From Ignavibacteria bacterium (GTDB lineage Bacteria > Bacteroidota > Ignavibacteria > Ch128b): 64,000 nt of DNA. Under the pieces are notes generated by a model. The model ran no database searches, was not told the DNA's origin, and worked only from the letters and a program-made list of their open reading frames with translations. Shown here piece after piece: positions 50,405 to 59,290 of this stretch. Within the stretch, counting starts at the first letter, position 1, and each line of letters starts with the position of its first letter. The translations under genes and the position numbers were made by a program. Location: the NCBI GenBank assembly GCA_026415235.1, contig JAOAHM010000019.1:14583-78582 (forward strand), in the 5' to 3' direction.

Positions 50405-50953
50405 ATGAAGAACAAATTAAAATTTGTTTTTCTATTGTTAATACTTGTAACAGCTTTTCATCCGCTGTATCCGTTAACAGTAGAGTACATTGGTATTGAG
50501 AGGATGACAAAAGAATCCCAACTTGTTATCTATGGCAGAGTTTTATCTCAATATTCAGTTTGGGAAGATAAATCAATTTTTACCTATACGACCATTGAGA
50601 TAAAAGAATTGATAAAGGGACAATATTCCTCTCAGAAAATTGTAGTTAAACAAATGGGTGGAACTGTTGGCTACATCTCGCAAGTAGTTGATGGAACTCC
50701 CAAACTTGAAATTGGGAAGGAAGTTGTTTTGTTTTTGAGAGATTGGAAAGGTGCGTATTGGATACATTCAATTGTACTTGGTTATTTTCAAGTTTATGAA
50801 GAGAATGGTAAGGTTTATGCTGTTAACAGTTTGAATAATGTTGGTCTTGTTGATCCAACAACTAAAAAATTAATTACTGATGTATCTAAACTTGAAAATA
50901 GATTTGAACTGAATGCATTCATTCAGCAAATTAAAAACTATGCAAAGATGTAG
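50405..50953 (+). CDS. Secreted hypothetical protein (TIMP/NTR-like OB-fold pattern), partner of the metalloprotease
   Basis: Signal peptide; S.LVI.GRV..IFT...I.I.E.IKG..GG..G.E.VLFL pattern; SD gagg. Confidence 0.65.
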   Translation: MKNKLKFVFLLLILVTAFHPLYPLTVEYIGIERMTKESQLVIYGRVLSQYSVWEDKSIFTYTTIEIKELIKGQYSSQKIVVKQMGGTVGYISQVVDGTPKLEIGKEVVLFLRDWKGAYWIHSIVLGYFQVYEENGKVYAVNSLNNVGLVDPTTKKLITDVSKLENRFELNAFIQQIKNYAKM

Positions 50954-50964
50954 TGGAGGGAGCA

Positions 50965-53181
50965 ATGAAAAAATATTTTATTTCATCATTACTCGCATTA
51001 AGCCTTTTCGTACTTCTGGGTTTTTGTTTAATAACAAATCAAAATGGTGAATATCGAATTTATTTTCCAAGTCGTTTACCATTTGTATATCAATTGCATA
51101 CATCAACACCAACTGAGTTTATTTCAACTATTGAGGCGGGTGCAAATCAATGGACAAATATTCCTGGATGTTATTTTGTTTTCCAGCGTGGTGAAAATAC
51201 AAGTGTCTCGGTAGTGGCTAATGATGGTGTTAATGTAGTTTATTTTGACATGCAAGGTGTAAACTTCTCTGATCCAAATGTTATTGCTTTTTCTTCTACG
51301 TTTACAACGAGTGTTGGTGGGTTTCAAGCAGTTGGTTCTGATTTAATTTGGAACGGTAGAGATTTTCCACCTGCAACAAATGGTGATCCAAATAAAATGG
51401 ATCTATTAACCGTTATTACTCATGAGTTGGGACATCACATGGGATTAAACCACGCAGGACAACCACCATCCCCATCCGCTGGTTCTAATGGTTGTGGTCC
51501 ATTAAATCAAAGAGCAGTGATGTGGTATGCTGTCTCTCGCGGAGATACAACACGCCGTTATTTACATCTTGATGATATCATGGGAGCTATTTCACTTTAT
51601 CCTGTTTGGGTTATTCAAGGAAAAGTCGTTGATGGTGCAACTAATCTTGGCCTTAATGGTGCAAAAATTAAATTCGAAGGAACTTATGCAAGTACAATTG
51701 GTGTGGTTGAACAAACCTTTTCAGGTAGATATGGTAGACCTGGAGTTGCAATTGACGAAATAGTTCTTGATTCAACTGGTAATTATAAATCTGCAGTCAA
51801 AGATCCATCTTTTAAAGTCAAAGTTACAAAGTTTGGTTACTATCCAGATTCAGCTCAAGTTAATTTTAATCCCCCAGGTGGAATAGGACAAACACAAACA
51901 ATTACACTTAATTTTGGTTTACAACCAAAATTCAATGTAACTTTAAGTGGTCAAATAGTAGACGAACTGACAAATCAAGGTGTCTCTGCAAGGATTTCAG
52001 TTTCATCAATAAATTATAATTTGAAAGTTGGTGATTATGATTCTCAATCAAATGGTCAGTATCAAATTATTTTACCTGGAGAAGAATTGTATCGTCTTAC
52101 ATTGAATTTTGAACCTCCATATCCAAGAACTGTTGTAATTGATAGTGTTTACCTAGGTCTTTCTAATAAAATATTGAATGTTGCAGTCAAACCATCAAGA
52201 ATTTTCTTTGTGGCAAATGACACCTCAGCTTCTGTTAAAGAAAAGTATCTAAACTCACTCGATAGATTAAAATTAGCTTATGCATATTGGGATATTAATC
52301 TTAAAGGTTCACCACCAGATCAACAATTATTCAATAAGTTTACACAAGCGACAACAATTTTCTGGATTGCTGGTGGCGTAACTACTTCAAATTTATCTGC
52401 TTCAGAAAGACAAACTCTTATCAATCAATTTGAAAATGGACATAGAGTAATTCTTGCTGGTAATAACATTGCTCAATATTCAGATACAGGTGATGTTTTG
52501 TTAAGTAAATATTTTGGTGTACGATTTGTTTCTAACACATCTGCGAACGGATTAAAAGGATTTGCTAATGATTACATTGGTAATGGTTTGAATTTCAGTT
52601 TGCTTGGTACAGGTAAAGATTATGTTCGATTGACAACGGATGCATTTGGAACTGGTTACTTCCGTTCTTTCCATCATGGTACTGGATCAGGAGATACGAT
52701 TAGAATTGCAGCTGTAAGAGGTGAAAATTCAGTTAAAAAATGGAAAAGTGTTTTCTATACAATTTCACTCGATCAACTTTCATCTGCCAATCTTGATACT
52801 TTATTGAGAAGAACATTTGAGTATTGTGCTGATTCTAGTTTTGTAACTTCAATTTACGATTACTTCTCAACTACATCATTACCTGTGAGATATGAATTGC
52901 ATCAAAATTATCCTAATCCGTTTAATCCAATGACTAAAATTAAATTCGATTTACCAGAAAAATCACAAGTTGAAATTTCTGTTTATGATGTTAGCGGAAA
53001 ATTGATAAAACGATTAGTGAATGAACAAAAAGATGCTGGATATCACAGCGTTGAATGGAATGGAACCGATATGAATGGAAGAAAAGTCAGTACCGGAATT
53101 TATTTGTATAGAATTTCTGCGAAAGGGACTAAGACAGGTTCTGAATTCATTCAAACTAAAAAAATGATTTTACTCAAGTAA
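50965..53181 (+). CDS. Matrixin-family (M10-like) zinc metalloprotease with T9SS/FlgD C-terminal domain
   Basis: HELGHHMGLNH zinc motif, Met-turn AVMW, L..DDI.G...LY; C-terminal QNYPNPFNP..KKMILLK; SD ggaggg. Confidence 0.88.
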   Translation: MKKYFISSLLALSLFVLLGFCLITNQNGEYRIYFPSRLPFVYQLHTSTPTEFISTIEAGANQWTNIPGCYFVFQRGENTSVSVVANDGVNVVYFDMQGVNFSDPNVIAFSSTFTTSVGGFQAVGSDLIWNGRDFPPATNGDPNKMDLLTVITHELGHHMGLNHAGQPPSPSAGSNGCGPLNQRAVMWYAVSRGDTTRRYLHLDDIMGAISLYPVWVIQGKVVDGATNLGLNGAKIKFEGTYASTIGVVEQTFSGRYGRPGVAIDEIVLDSTGNYKSAVKDPSFKVKVTKFGYYPDSAQVNFNPPGGIGQTQTITLNFGLQPKFNVTLSGQIVDELTNQGVSARISVSSINYNLKVGDYDSQSNGQYQIILPGEELYRLTLNFEPPYPRTVVIDSVYLGLSNKILNVAVKPSRIFFVANDTSASVKEKYLNSLDRLKLAYAYWDINLKGSPPDQQLFNKFTQATTIFWIAGGVTTSNLSASERQTLINQFENGHRVILAGNNIAQYSDTGDVLLSKYFGVRFVSNTSANGLKGFANDYIGNGLNFSLLGTGKDYVRLTTDAFGTGYFRSFHHGTGSGDTIRIAAVRGENSVKKWKSVFYTISLDQLSSANLDTLLRRTFEYCADSSFVTSIYDYFSTTSLPVRYELHQNYPNPFNPMTKIKFDLPEKSQVEISVYDVSGKLIKRLVNEQKDAGYHSVEWNGTDMNGRKVSTGIYLYRISAKGTKTGSEFIQTKKMILLK

Positions 53182-53207
53182 TTCAAACTACCCCCCCCGT
53201 CAAAAAC

Positions 53208-53246
53208 AAAAGGTCATCCAATATTTTTTGAGTTGGATGACCTTTT
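53208..53246. terminator. Bidirectional Rho-independent terminator
   Basis: AAAAGGTCATCCAA-N11-TTGGATGACCTTTT between convergent genes. Confidence 0.8.
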
Positions 53247-53270
53247 TTATTATCAAAAAAGATTCACGAA

Positions 53271-55142
53271 TTATTTTTTAATTCCAAATTCTGGATCGAC
53301 TTTAATGAATTTTACTGCAAGGAAAGAAGGAATAGTTGCAATGCATACCCAAATAAAGAAATTTTTATATCCAATAATTTCTTGCAACCATCCACTGAAC
53401 ATACCAGGTATCATCATTCCTAATGCCATTAGACCTGTTGTAATTGCAAAGTGAGCCGTTTTATGTTCACCTTCAGAGATGTAAATCATAAATAACATGT
53501 ATGCAGTAAATCCAAATCCATATCCAAATTGTTCGATTGCAACGCATGCATTAATTATCCAGAAATTATCTGGTAAAGCTTGAGAAAGATAAACATAAAC
53601 TAAATCTGGAAGATTAATTGCAGCAACCATCCACCATAACCAAAACTTCAAACCTTTCTTTGCAGCAACAAAACCACCAAGCAATCCACCGAGTGTTAAT
53701 GAAATAATACCAACTGTTCCATAAACAAAACCAACCTGACCCGTTGTAAGTGCAAGTCCACCAGCTTCTCTCACATCAAGTAAAAATGGTGAAGCAAGTT
53801 TAACAAGCTGTGCTTCAGCAAATCTATAGAACAATAAAAATCCAAGGGCAGCTAAGATTCCATCTTTCTTAAAGAATAAAACAAATGTTTTGAAAAATTC
53901 TGAGATAATATTTTTAGAACCTTCTGAAATTACTGGTTTATCATCTTTTGGATAAGGCAAGATGAAGAAGTGATAAACAAAAAATAGAATGAATAAGGCT
54001 GAGAGAAACAAGAAAGTAACTTTCCATGCAAAAGGAATATCACCTGAACGAGCTTGAAATACAGCACTTGTTTCATAATTTAATTTGGGATCAAGTTGAA
54101 TGATTGCAATTGCAGGTTTATTCCAATTTTTCTCATTAAAAATAAATCTACTTCCTTCAATTAAATTTATGCTGTTATCTCCTTTCTCTCTTCCAAAATG
54201 AACTATGTACTCTTTATCTGGTTTTTGATTTAAGTAGAAATAAACTAAACCAATATTGCCAGCAAAATCAGTTTTTTTAAATTCAACTTTTTTCTCACCA
54301 AAATTTTCACGGAGGAATTCTTCTAAAGGCTTAGCAACATATTTACTCCACCAAGAAATTTCTTCCTTATGAGATACTTTTGCTTGGTTTACTTTTTCTT
54401 CTGTGTAAAAACCATTTTTCAAATTCCATTCTTTTACAATTTTTAGAATCGAGTCTATTTCACTTTTCGATTTTTTGATTGTACCAATAATGATTTGATT
54501 CGATGAGGCTTTTAACGACAAATTTTCTTTATTCTGCTGAATGAGGTTAGTATCAGGTAAAACAATTTCATTAACAATATTAGGTTTAGCAATTGCTTTT
54601 ATCTCAACAGGTTCAAGTCCTGTTGAGCTTTCTACATAACCAGCAAGGATGACCAGAAGTCCTTGACCAGTAATCATAGCTAAGCGATAGAATGTACTTC
54701 TGATTCCAACAAAGAAAGCTTGATCGTGTTGCGAAAGACCAAGCATATAAAAGCCATCAGCAGCAATATCATGTGTTGCTGAACTGAAAGCGAGTAACCA
54801 GAAAAAAAGAAGTGTGTATTTGAAAAAATCTGGTAAAGGAATGGTAAGCGCTACACCTCCAAGTCCAATTGCAATTATTGATTGCATTAAGATAATCCAA
54901 AACCTTTTTGTCTTAAATAAATCCACAATTGGACTCCATAGAGGTTTAATAACCCATGGTAAGTAAAGCCAGCTTGTGTACAAAGCAATATCAGTGTTTG
55001 AAATTCCCAATCTTTTGTACATGATAACTGAAACAGTCATCACAACTATGTATGGAATTCCTTCTGCGAAATAGAGTGATGGAACCCAGAGCCAAGGATT
55101 TCTTTTTTCTGGTTTGTTTGATGGAGAAAAGAATTTGTTCAT
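53271..55142 (-). CDS. ampG: AmpG-family MFS muropeptide permease with large loop insertion
   Basis: LYFAEGIPY, LPWVIKPLWSP, SATHDIAADGFY and EQFGYGFG motifs. Confidence 0.82.
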   Translation of the reverse strand: MNKFFSPSNKPEKRNPWLWVPSLYFAEGIPYIVVMTVSVIMYKRLGISNTDIALYTSWLYLPWVIKPLWSPIVDLFKTKRFWIILMQSIIAIGLGGVALTIPLPDFFKYTLLFFWLLAFSSATHDIAADGFYMLGLSQHDQAFFVGIRSTFYRLAMITGQGLLVILAGYVESSTGLEPVEIKAIAKPNIVNEIVLPDTNLIQQNKENLSLKASSNQIIIGTIKKSKSEIDSILKIVKEWNLKNGFYTEEKVNQAKVSHKEEISWWSKYVAKPLEEFLRENFGEKKVEFKKTDFAGNIGLVYFYLNQKPDKEYIVHFGREKGDNSINLIEGSRFIFNEKNWNKPAIAIIQLDPKLNYETSAVFQARSGDIPFAWKVTFLFLSALFILFFVYHFFILPYPKDDKPVISEGSKNIISEFFKTFVLFFKKDGILAALGFLLFYRFAEAQLVKLASPFLLDVREAGGLALTTGQVGFVYGTVGIISLTLGGLLGGFVAAKKGLKFWLWWMVAAINLPDLVYVYLSQALPDNFWIINACVAIEQFGYGFGFTAYMLFMIYISEGEHKTAHFAITTGLMALGMMIPGMFSGWLQEIIGYKNFFIWVCIATIPSFLAVKFIKVDPEFGIKK

Positions 55143-55191
55143 TGATGCACTCTTTGTTGATTAGTGATTTGAGTTTATCAAAAATAAAAAA

Positions 55192-55262
55192 GATTTTGTC
55201 AGGTTCTTGAAAAACTTTTGGTGGGCAGGTTATGATGTAATTAATTTGAACCTGACAAAATC
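55192..55262. repeat. 15-bp perfect inverted repeat with 41-bp spacer, flanked by A-runs
   Basis: GATTTTGTCAGGTTC (55192-55206) and GAACCTGACAAAATC (55248-55262). Confidence 0.85.
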
Positions 55263-55301
55263 AAAAAGAACTTTTATTAAAAAAATTGTATCAATCGTTT
55301 A

Positions 55302-56261
55302 TTAAGTTGCTTCACTTTCAATTGTTTCCATGGCAAGCAAAACTGCACCATAAGCTGGTGGATGTTCGGGAAGAATTACATTTACACCTTCAATCTTTTG
55401 AAGAATAATTTTTCTGAGCAACTTAGAATAATAATTTTCGCCAGTTAAAAGTCCACCAATAAATGAAATGTAAACCGTTCTAACTTTGATTTTATCTTTA
55501 ATTGCTTTAATGTGTAGAACAAGTTCTTCAGCTTCTCTTCTTAAAATTTCACGGCAGGGTTCATCACCTTCTTCAGCACATTGAATTACAAATGGTGCAA
55601 TTGTAGCGAAATCTAAATTTTCTTTGTAAACTTTGTTAATTAAATCTTCAGCTGTATTAATATTTAAGATATCTTTAAGTCGGTAGTAAAGTTTTGTTTC
55701 AGGACCTCTTCCATCAAAAAATTTAGCAAGAGTTTGAAGACCTAATCTGCCGATTGAATAACCACCGCCTTCATCACCAATATATCTACCAAAACCACCA
55801 ACTCTATAAAGTTGACCCATTCTATCTTTTCCAAAAATGATTGAACCTGTTCCTGCAATTAGAATAATTCCAGGTCTTCCTGAGAAAGCACCTTCAAGAG
55901 CAATACGAGCATCACTTGTAACGATTAAGTTTTTAATTTGATTCGCATAATTTTTCTGCCAGTAATCGAGAACAGCATTTTTAATTTTCTCTGCATCTTC
56001 TTCTCGTCCAGCGCCCGTTAATCCCATGCAAATGGCTTCGATGTTTTGAATGTTGACTTCTGCCTCATTGCATAAATCAAGAATAAGGTCTGAGATTGTT
56101 TTTGCGACTTTATCTGTTCCAATGATAAGAAAGTTTGCTGGTCCTGATGATTTTTCTGCGATAATATTACGATTCAGGTCAGCAAGAACAGCGGTTGTTT
56201 TAGTTGCTCCGCCATCTATACCAATGACATATTTCCCGTTGTTTGCAGTTACTTGTTCCAT
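55302..56261 (-). CDS. BadF/BadG/BcrA/BcrD-type amino-sugar kinase (GlcNAc/MurNAc kinase, MurK-like)
   Basis: GIDGGATKT, AGTGS and GG.G...GDEGGG motifs; adjacent to ampG. Confidence 0.85.
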   Translation of the reverse strand: MEQVTANNGKYVIGIDGGATKTTAVLADLNRNIIAEKSSGPANFLIIGTDKVAKTISDLILDLCNEAEVNIQNIEAICMGLTGAGREEDAEKIKNAVLDYWQKNYANQIKNLIVTSDARIALEGAFSGRPGIILIAGTGSIIFGKDRMGQLYRVGGFGRYIGDEGGGYSIGRLGLQTLAKFFDGRGPETKLYYRLKDILNINTAEDLINKVYKENLDFATIAPFVIQCAEEGDEPCREILRREAEELVLHIKAIKDKIKVRTVYISFIGGLLTGENYYSKLLRKIILQKIEGVNVILPEHPPAYGAVLLAMETIESEAT

Positions 56262-56338
56262 TTGTTACTCATTTTTTCAATAAAATTACGAAAAAAAATT
56301 TGCTTTTGATAGATTTTGAAAGGTTTTTCTAAAAAGAA

Positions 56339-58465
56339 TCAGACGATTATTAACCAAACAAACTTGGTAAGTATTACGATATCTTTTGTTCTGATTTTGT
56401 TCTCAGTTGAAAGAAGATGATTAATGACGAAATAAAAATTACTACCAATCTTTGGCTGCCATAAAAATCTGTAGTTAATATTTAATTCTTTCAATTCATT
56501 ATTCCATTGAGCAAAAACTGAACTATATGTCATTGTAGAAAAGTCATATCTTATTCGCATACCAAATTCTTTTGTATAAAATTTTGCACCTTGAATATCT
56601 ATGCGGTTTAAATCAAAATCAGTACTTAATGATAAGTTGCTTGAAAACATGTAAGTAAGTTCAGATGAAATATTTCTCCTTTTACCTGAATAAAAAGTTC
56701 CTTCATTGAAATCCAATTCAACAAATATTTTTCTACTTCGTGATGTATTAATAGAAAATCCAGTTGAATTAAAATTATATTTACCAGACTTAACTACGAT
56801 TGTATCGAAGAGATTAAAATCATTTTCAACTAAATCAAAATTTCGATGTAAGTCAATTCTAAAATTGTCGTCTGCATTTGTTGTAATTCCAAAAGGTGAA
56901 AAGTAGAGATTTGAAGTTGAAAGTTCGTTGTTTGTATTCCAATAAATGTCAGATTCAAAGATGGTGAAGTTTAATTTTTTTATTCCCATGTAATTGATTC
57001 TTGGAGAAACTCTTAGGTGAGAAGTTATTGATTTAAATCCAGTTCGGAAGAAAAAGCCCATGGCAGGATTGAAATCTTTTTGAGCTTCTCGATAACTTAA
57101 GAATGCATTTATTAAATCATTCGGAAAACTTATGAATGCTTTGTAAGCAATGTTCTTTTTTCCTCCATTTGTTTCTTCTGACCTTACCGCACCACCACCA
57201 AATGTAATTGTTTGGTTATCAAGAAAATCTGTAAAAGTAAAATTAAAATCTCCGCCATAAACTCTGTTAAATCCGTTCTTTGACATTTTATTGGTTAAGA
57301 TTAAACCAACATAAGATTGTTCAAGCAAATCATATTTAGTTCTAATGACACCATAATTGGTTGTTGGTTCGCTTCCTTTAGAAGCAGTTTGAACATTTAA
57401 GAAACCAACTTCTAAATCGTGAATTCTTCCAACAATTCTTGCACCAAAGTTTATTGGAATTTCTGTTCCTCTACTTAAACCAATTCTTCGACTGTAAAAA
57501 ACATTATTTCTAAAACCAAAAGTGTAATCAAAAATACTTGCATTCTCCAAGAAGAAGTCTCGTTTCTCTGGAAAGAATAAAGGAAATCTTGATAGGTTAA
57601 TTCTTGCTCTGTCTGATTCTACTTGAGCAAAATCTGTATTAAATGTTAAATCAAGTGATAAGTTTTGCGTTAAACCATATTTAATATCAATTCCTGGTTT
57701 GATTAAAGATTTTTTTTGACCGTTATGTTGTTGAATTCCTGCGCTGAGAAAAGGTTTGAAATAAATTGGATTGCCTCTTTGAATGTTTTTAATTCCTAAA
57801 AGTTTTCCTGCATAAGCTAACTTGAATAAACCAAGGTTAAGTCCAACTGAAGACCATAAGACTTGTTCGTTCAATCGTCTAATTTGACGAGCAAAGTTTA
57901 TTCCCCAGACCTGTTCAACTTGATTATGAAATTTGAAAGTTGAGAAAGGGAATTCAAACTCAATTGACCAACCACTATCAGTTACTGCTGTACGAACATC
58001 CCAAATACCATCCCAATCCTCATTGAAACCTCTAAAGTCATAACCAGATAACAACGCATCGTCTCGCATTCCAAGTGGATTTGTTCCAAACCAATAGGCA
58101 GATTTTTTATCATTAAAAGTATCTAACACAAGCATGAAGTTATCATCACCACGAAGATTACCATCTTTCTTTAATTCTCTTGCGATGATTTTTTGTGGTT
58201 CAGGGTCATAGCACATTACACCAATGTATAAAGCATACTCATTATAAATAATTCTTACTTCTGTTTTGAACGATGCTGGATTACCTGCAATTGGTTCTTG
58301 TTGAAGAAAATCGTTAACAGGTTCTGCAAGTAACCAAAGTGAATCAGTTAAATATCCATCGAGCTCGGGTGAGCCATTAACTTTTGTTGCTATGATAATT
58401 TTATTGTTCTGACCAAAAAGATTTATTGAATAGATTAACAAAAGAGTTAAATATAAGTAGCGCAT
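56339..58465 (-). CDS. CBM9-like / DUF5916 outer-membrane protein
   Basis: LDG.L.D..W; LDTFND; W..EF.FPF; NTDFAQVE.D; FPEKRDFFLE motifs. Confidence 0.82.
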   Translation of the reverse strand: MRYLYLTLLLIYSINLFGQNNKIIIATKVNGSPELDGYLTDSLWLLAEPVNDFLQQEPIAGNPASFKTEVRIIYNEYALYIGVMCYDPEPQKIIARELKKDGNLRGDDNFMLVLDTFNDKKSAYWFGTNPLGMRDDALLSGYDFRGFNEDWDGIWDVRTAVTDSGWSIEFEFPFSTFKFHNQVEQVWGINFARQIRRLNEQVLWSSVGLNLGLFKLAYAGKLLGIKNIQRGNPIYFKPFLSAGIQQHNGQKKSLIKPGIDIKYGLTQNLSLDLTFNTDFAQVESDRARINLSRFPLFFPEKRDFFLENASIFDYTFGFRNNVFYSRRIGLSRGTEIPINFGARIVGRIHDLEVGFLNVQTASKGSEPTTNYGVIRTKYDLLEQSYVGLILTNKMSKNGFNRVYGGDFNFTFTDFLDNQTITFGGGAVRSEETNGGKKNIAYKAFISFPNDLINAFLSYREAQKDFNPAMGFFFRTGFKSITSHLRVSPRINYMGIKKLNFTIFESDIYWNTNNELSTSNLYFSPFGITTNADDNFRIDLHRNFDLVENDFNLFDTIVVKSGKYNFNSTGFSINTSRSRKIFVELDFNEGTFYSGKRRNISSELTYMFSSNLSLSTDFDLNRIDIQGAKFYTKEFGMRIRYDFSTMTYSSVFAQWNNELKELNINYRFLWQPKIGSNFYFVINHLLSTENKIRTKDIVILTKFVWLIIV

Positions 58466-58603
58466 TCTTCTCCAGTTTTTTTACAAAAATAAATTTATCA
58501 GTAATTATTTTTTGAGGTATGATTAAATTTCTCTGAAAATATAGAAAAATATTAATGTTTACGATAAAGCAGTTTGAATAAAATTGGAGAGCATTAGTAG
58601 GAC

Positions 58604-59290
58604 TTAATAAAGATTTTCGACAATCCATTTGTGAAGGGGCATCATATCTTTAATGATTTTTTTTGAAAATTCTATGATATCTTTTTCTTTGAATTGATCG
58701 AAATCATTAGTTTCGAACATTGCATACAAACCACTATAAGTTGATAATTCAGCAAACGGATGTTCTGATGTGAAACCTGAGGGAAGTTTCTTGAATTTTT
58801 TCTCTTCGATTGAATAACCTTTGCTTTTGAGTTTTGAAATTATTTTGTAAAGATCTGAATTCTTCGTTAGCTGTAATAGATGATGACGATATTTTTTTAA
58901 GATATCAGGTGGAAAAATATAAAAACCTACAGCAATTAAGAATGATTTTGGTTCGATGTGAAAATAAAATCCAGAGCATTCAAGTTTTTTTCTTTTACCT
59001 TCCCAGAAATAGATACCAAGATTTGTTTTGTATGGTTTTTTGTCTTTCGAAAATCTCGTATCTCTATTAAGTCTGAAAATTGATTTGTTAATTTCAGGTT
59101 CAGCAATAATCTGAGGGAAATATTCTCTTATAAAACTTCCGAGTTCAATTACGACCATTTTTGCTGGAAGTAAAAAATTTTTTTCATATTCGTTTCGATG
59201 AGCGTGAAACCACTCACGATTGTTATTCTTAGCAAGCTTACTTAAGAATTGAATTGTGTTGAATGGAAATTCATACTCTTTCATTTTCAT
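58604..59290 (-). CDS. DUF2461 (TIGR02453) family protein
   Basis: NNNREWF and FRLNRDTRFSKDKKPYK motifs. Confidence 0.9.
   Translation of the reverse strand: MKMKEYEFPFNTIQFLSKLAKNNNREWFHAHRNEYEKNFLLPAKMVVIELGSFIREYFPQIIAEPEINKSIFRLNRDTRFSKDKKPYKTNLGIYFWEGKRKKLECSGFYFHIEPKSFLIAVGFYIFPPDILKKYRHHLLQLTKNSDLYKIISKLKSKGYSIEEKKFKKLPSGFTSEHPFAELSTYSGLYAMFETNDFDQFKEKDIIEFSKKIIKDMMPLHKWIVENLY

Noticed and set aside
50945-50970. Stop-codon readthrough fusing the 182-aa protein to the matrixin
   Set aside because: The two ORFs are in different frames and the protease has its own SD and signal peptide.
53191-53198. Poly-C8 tract as a phase-variation site
   Set aside because: It lies in a 3' region between convergent genes, so slippage would not affect a reading frame or promoter.
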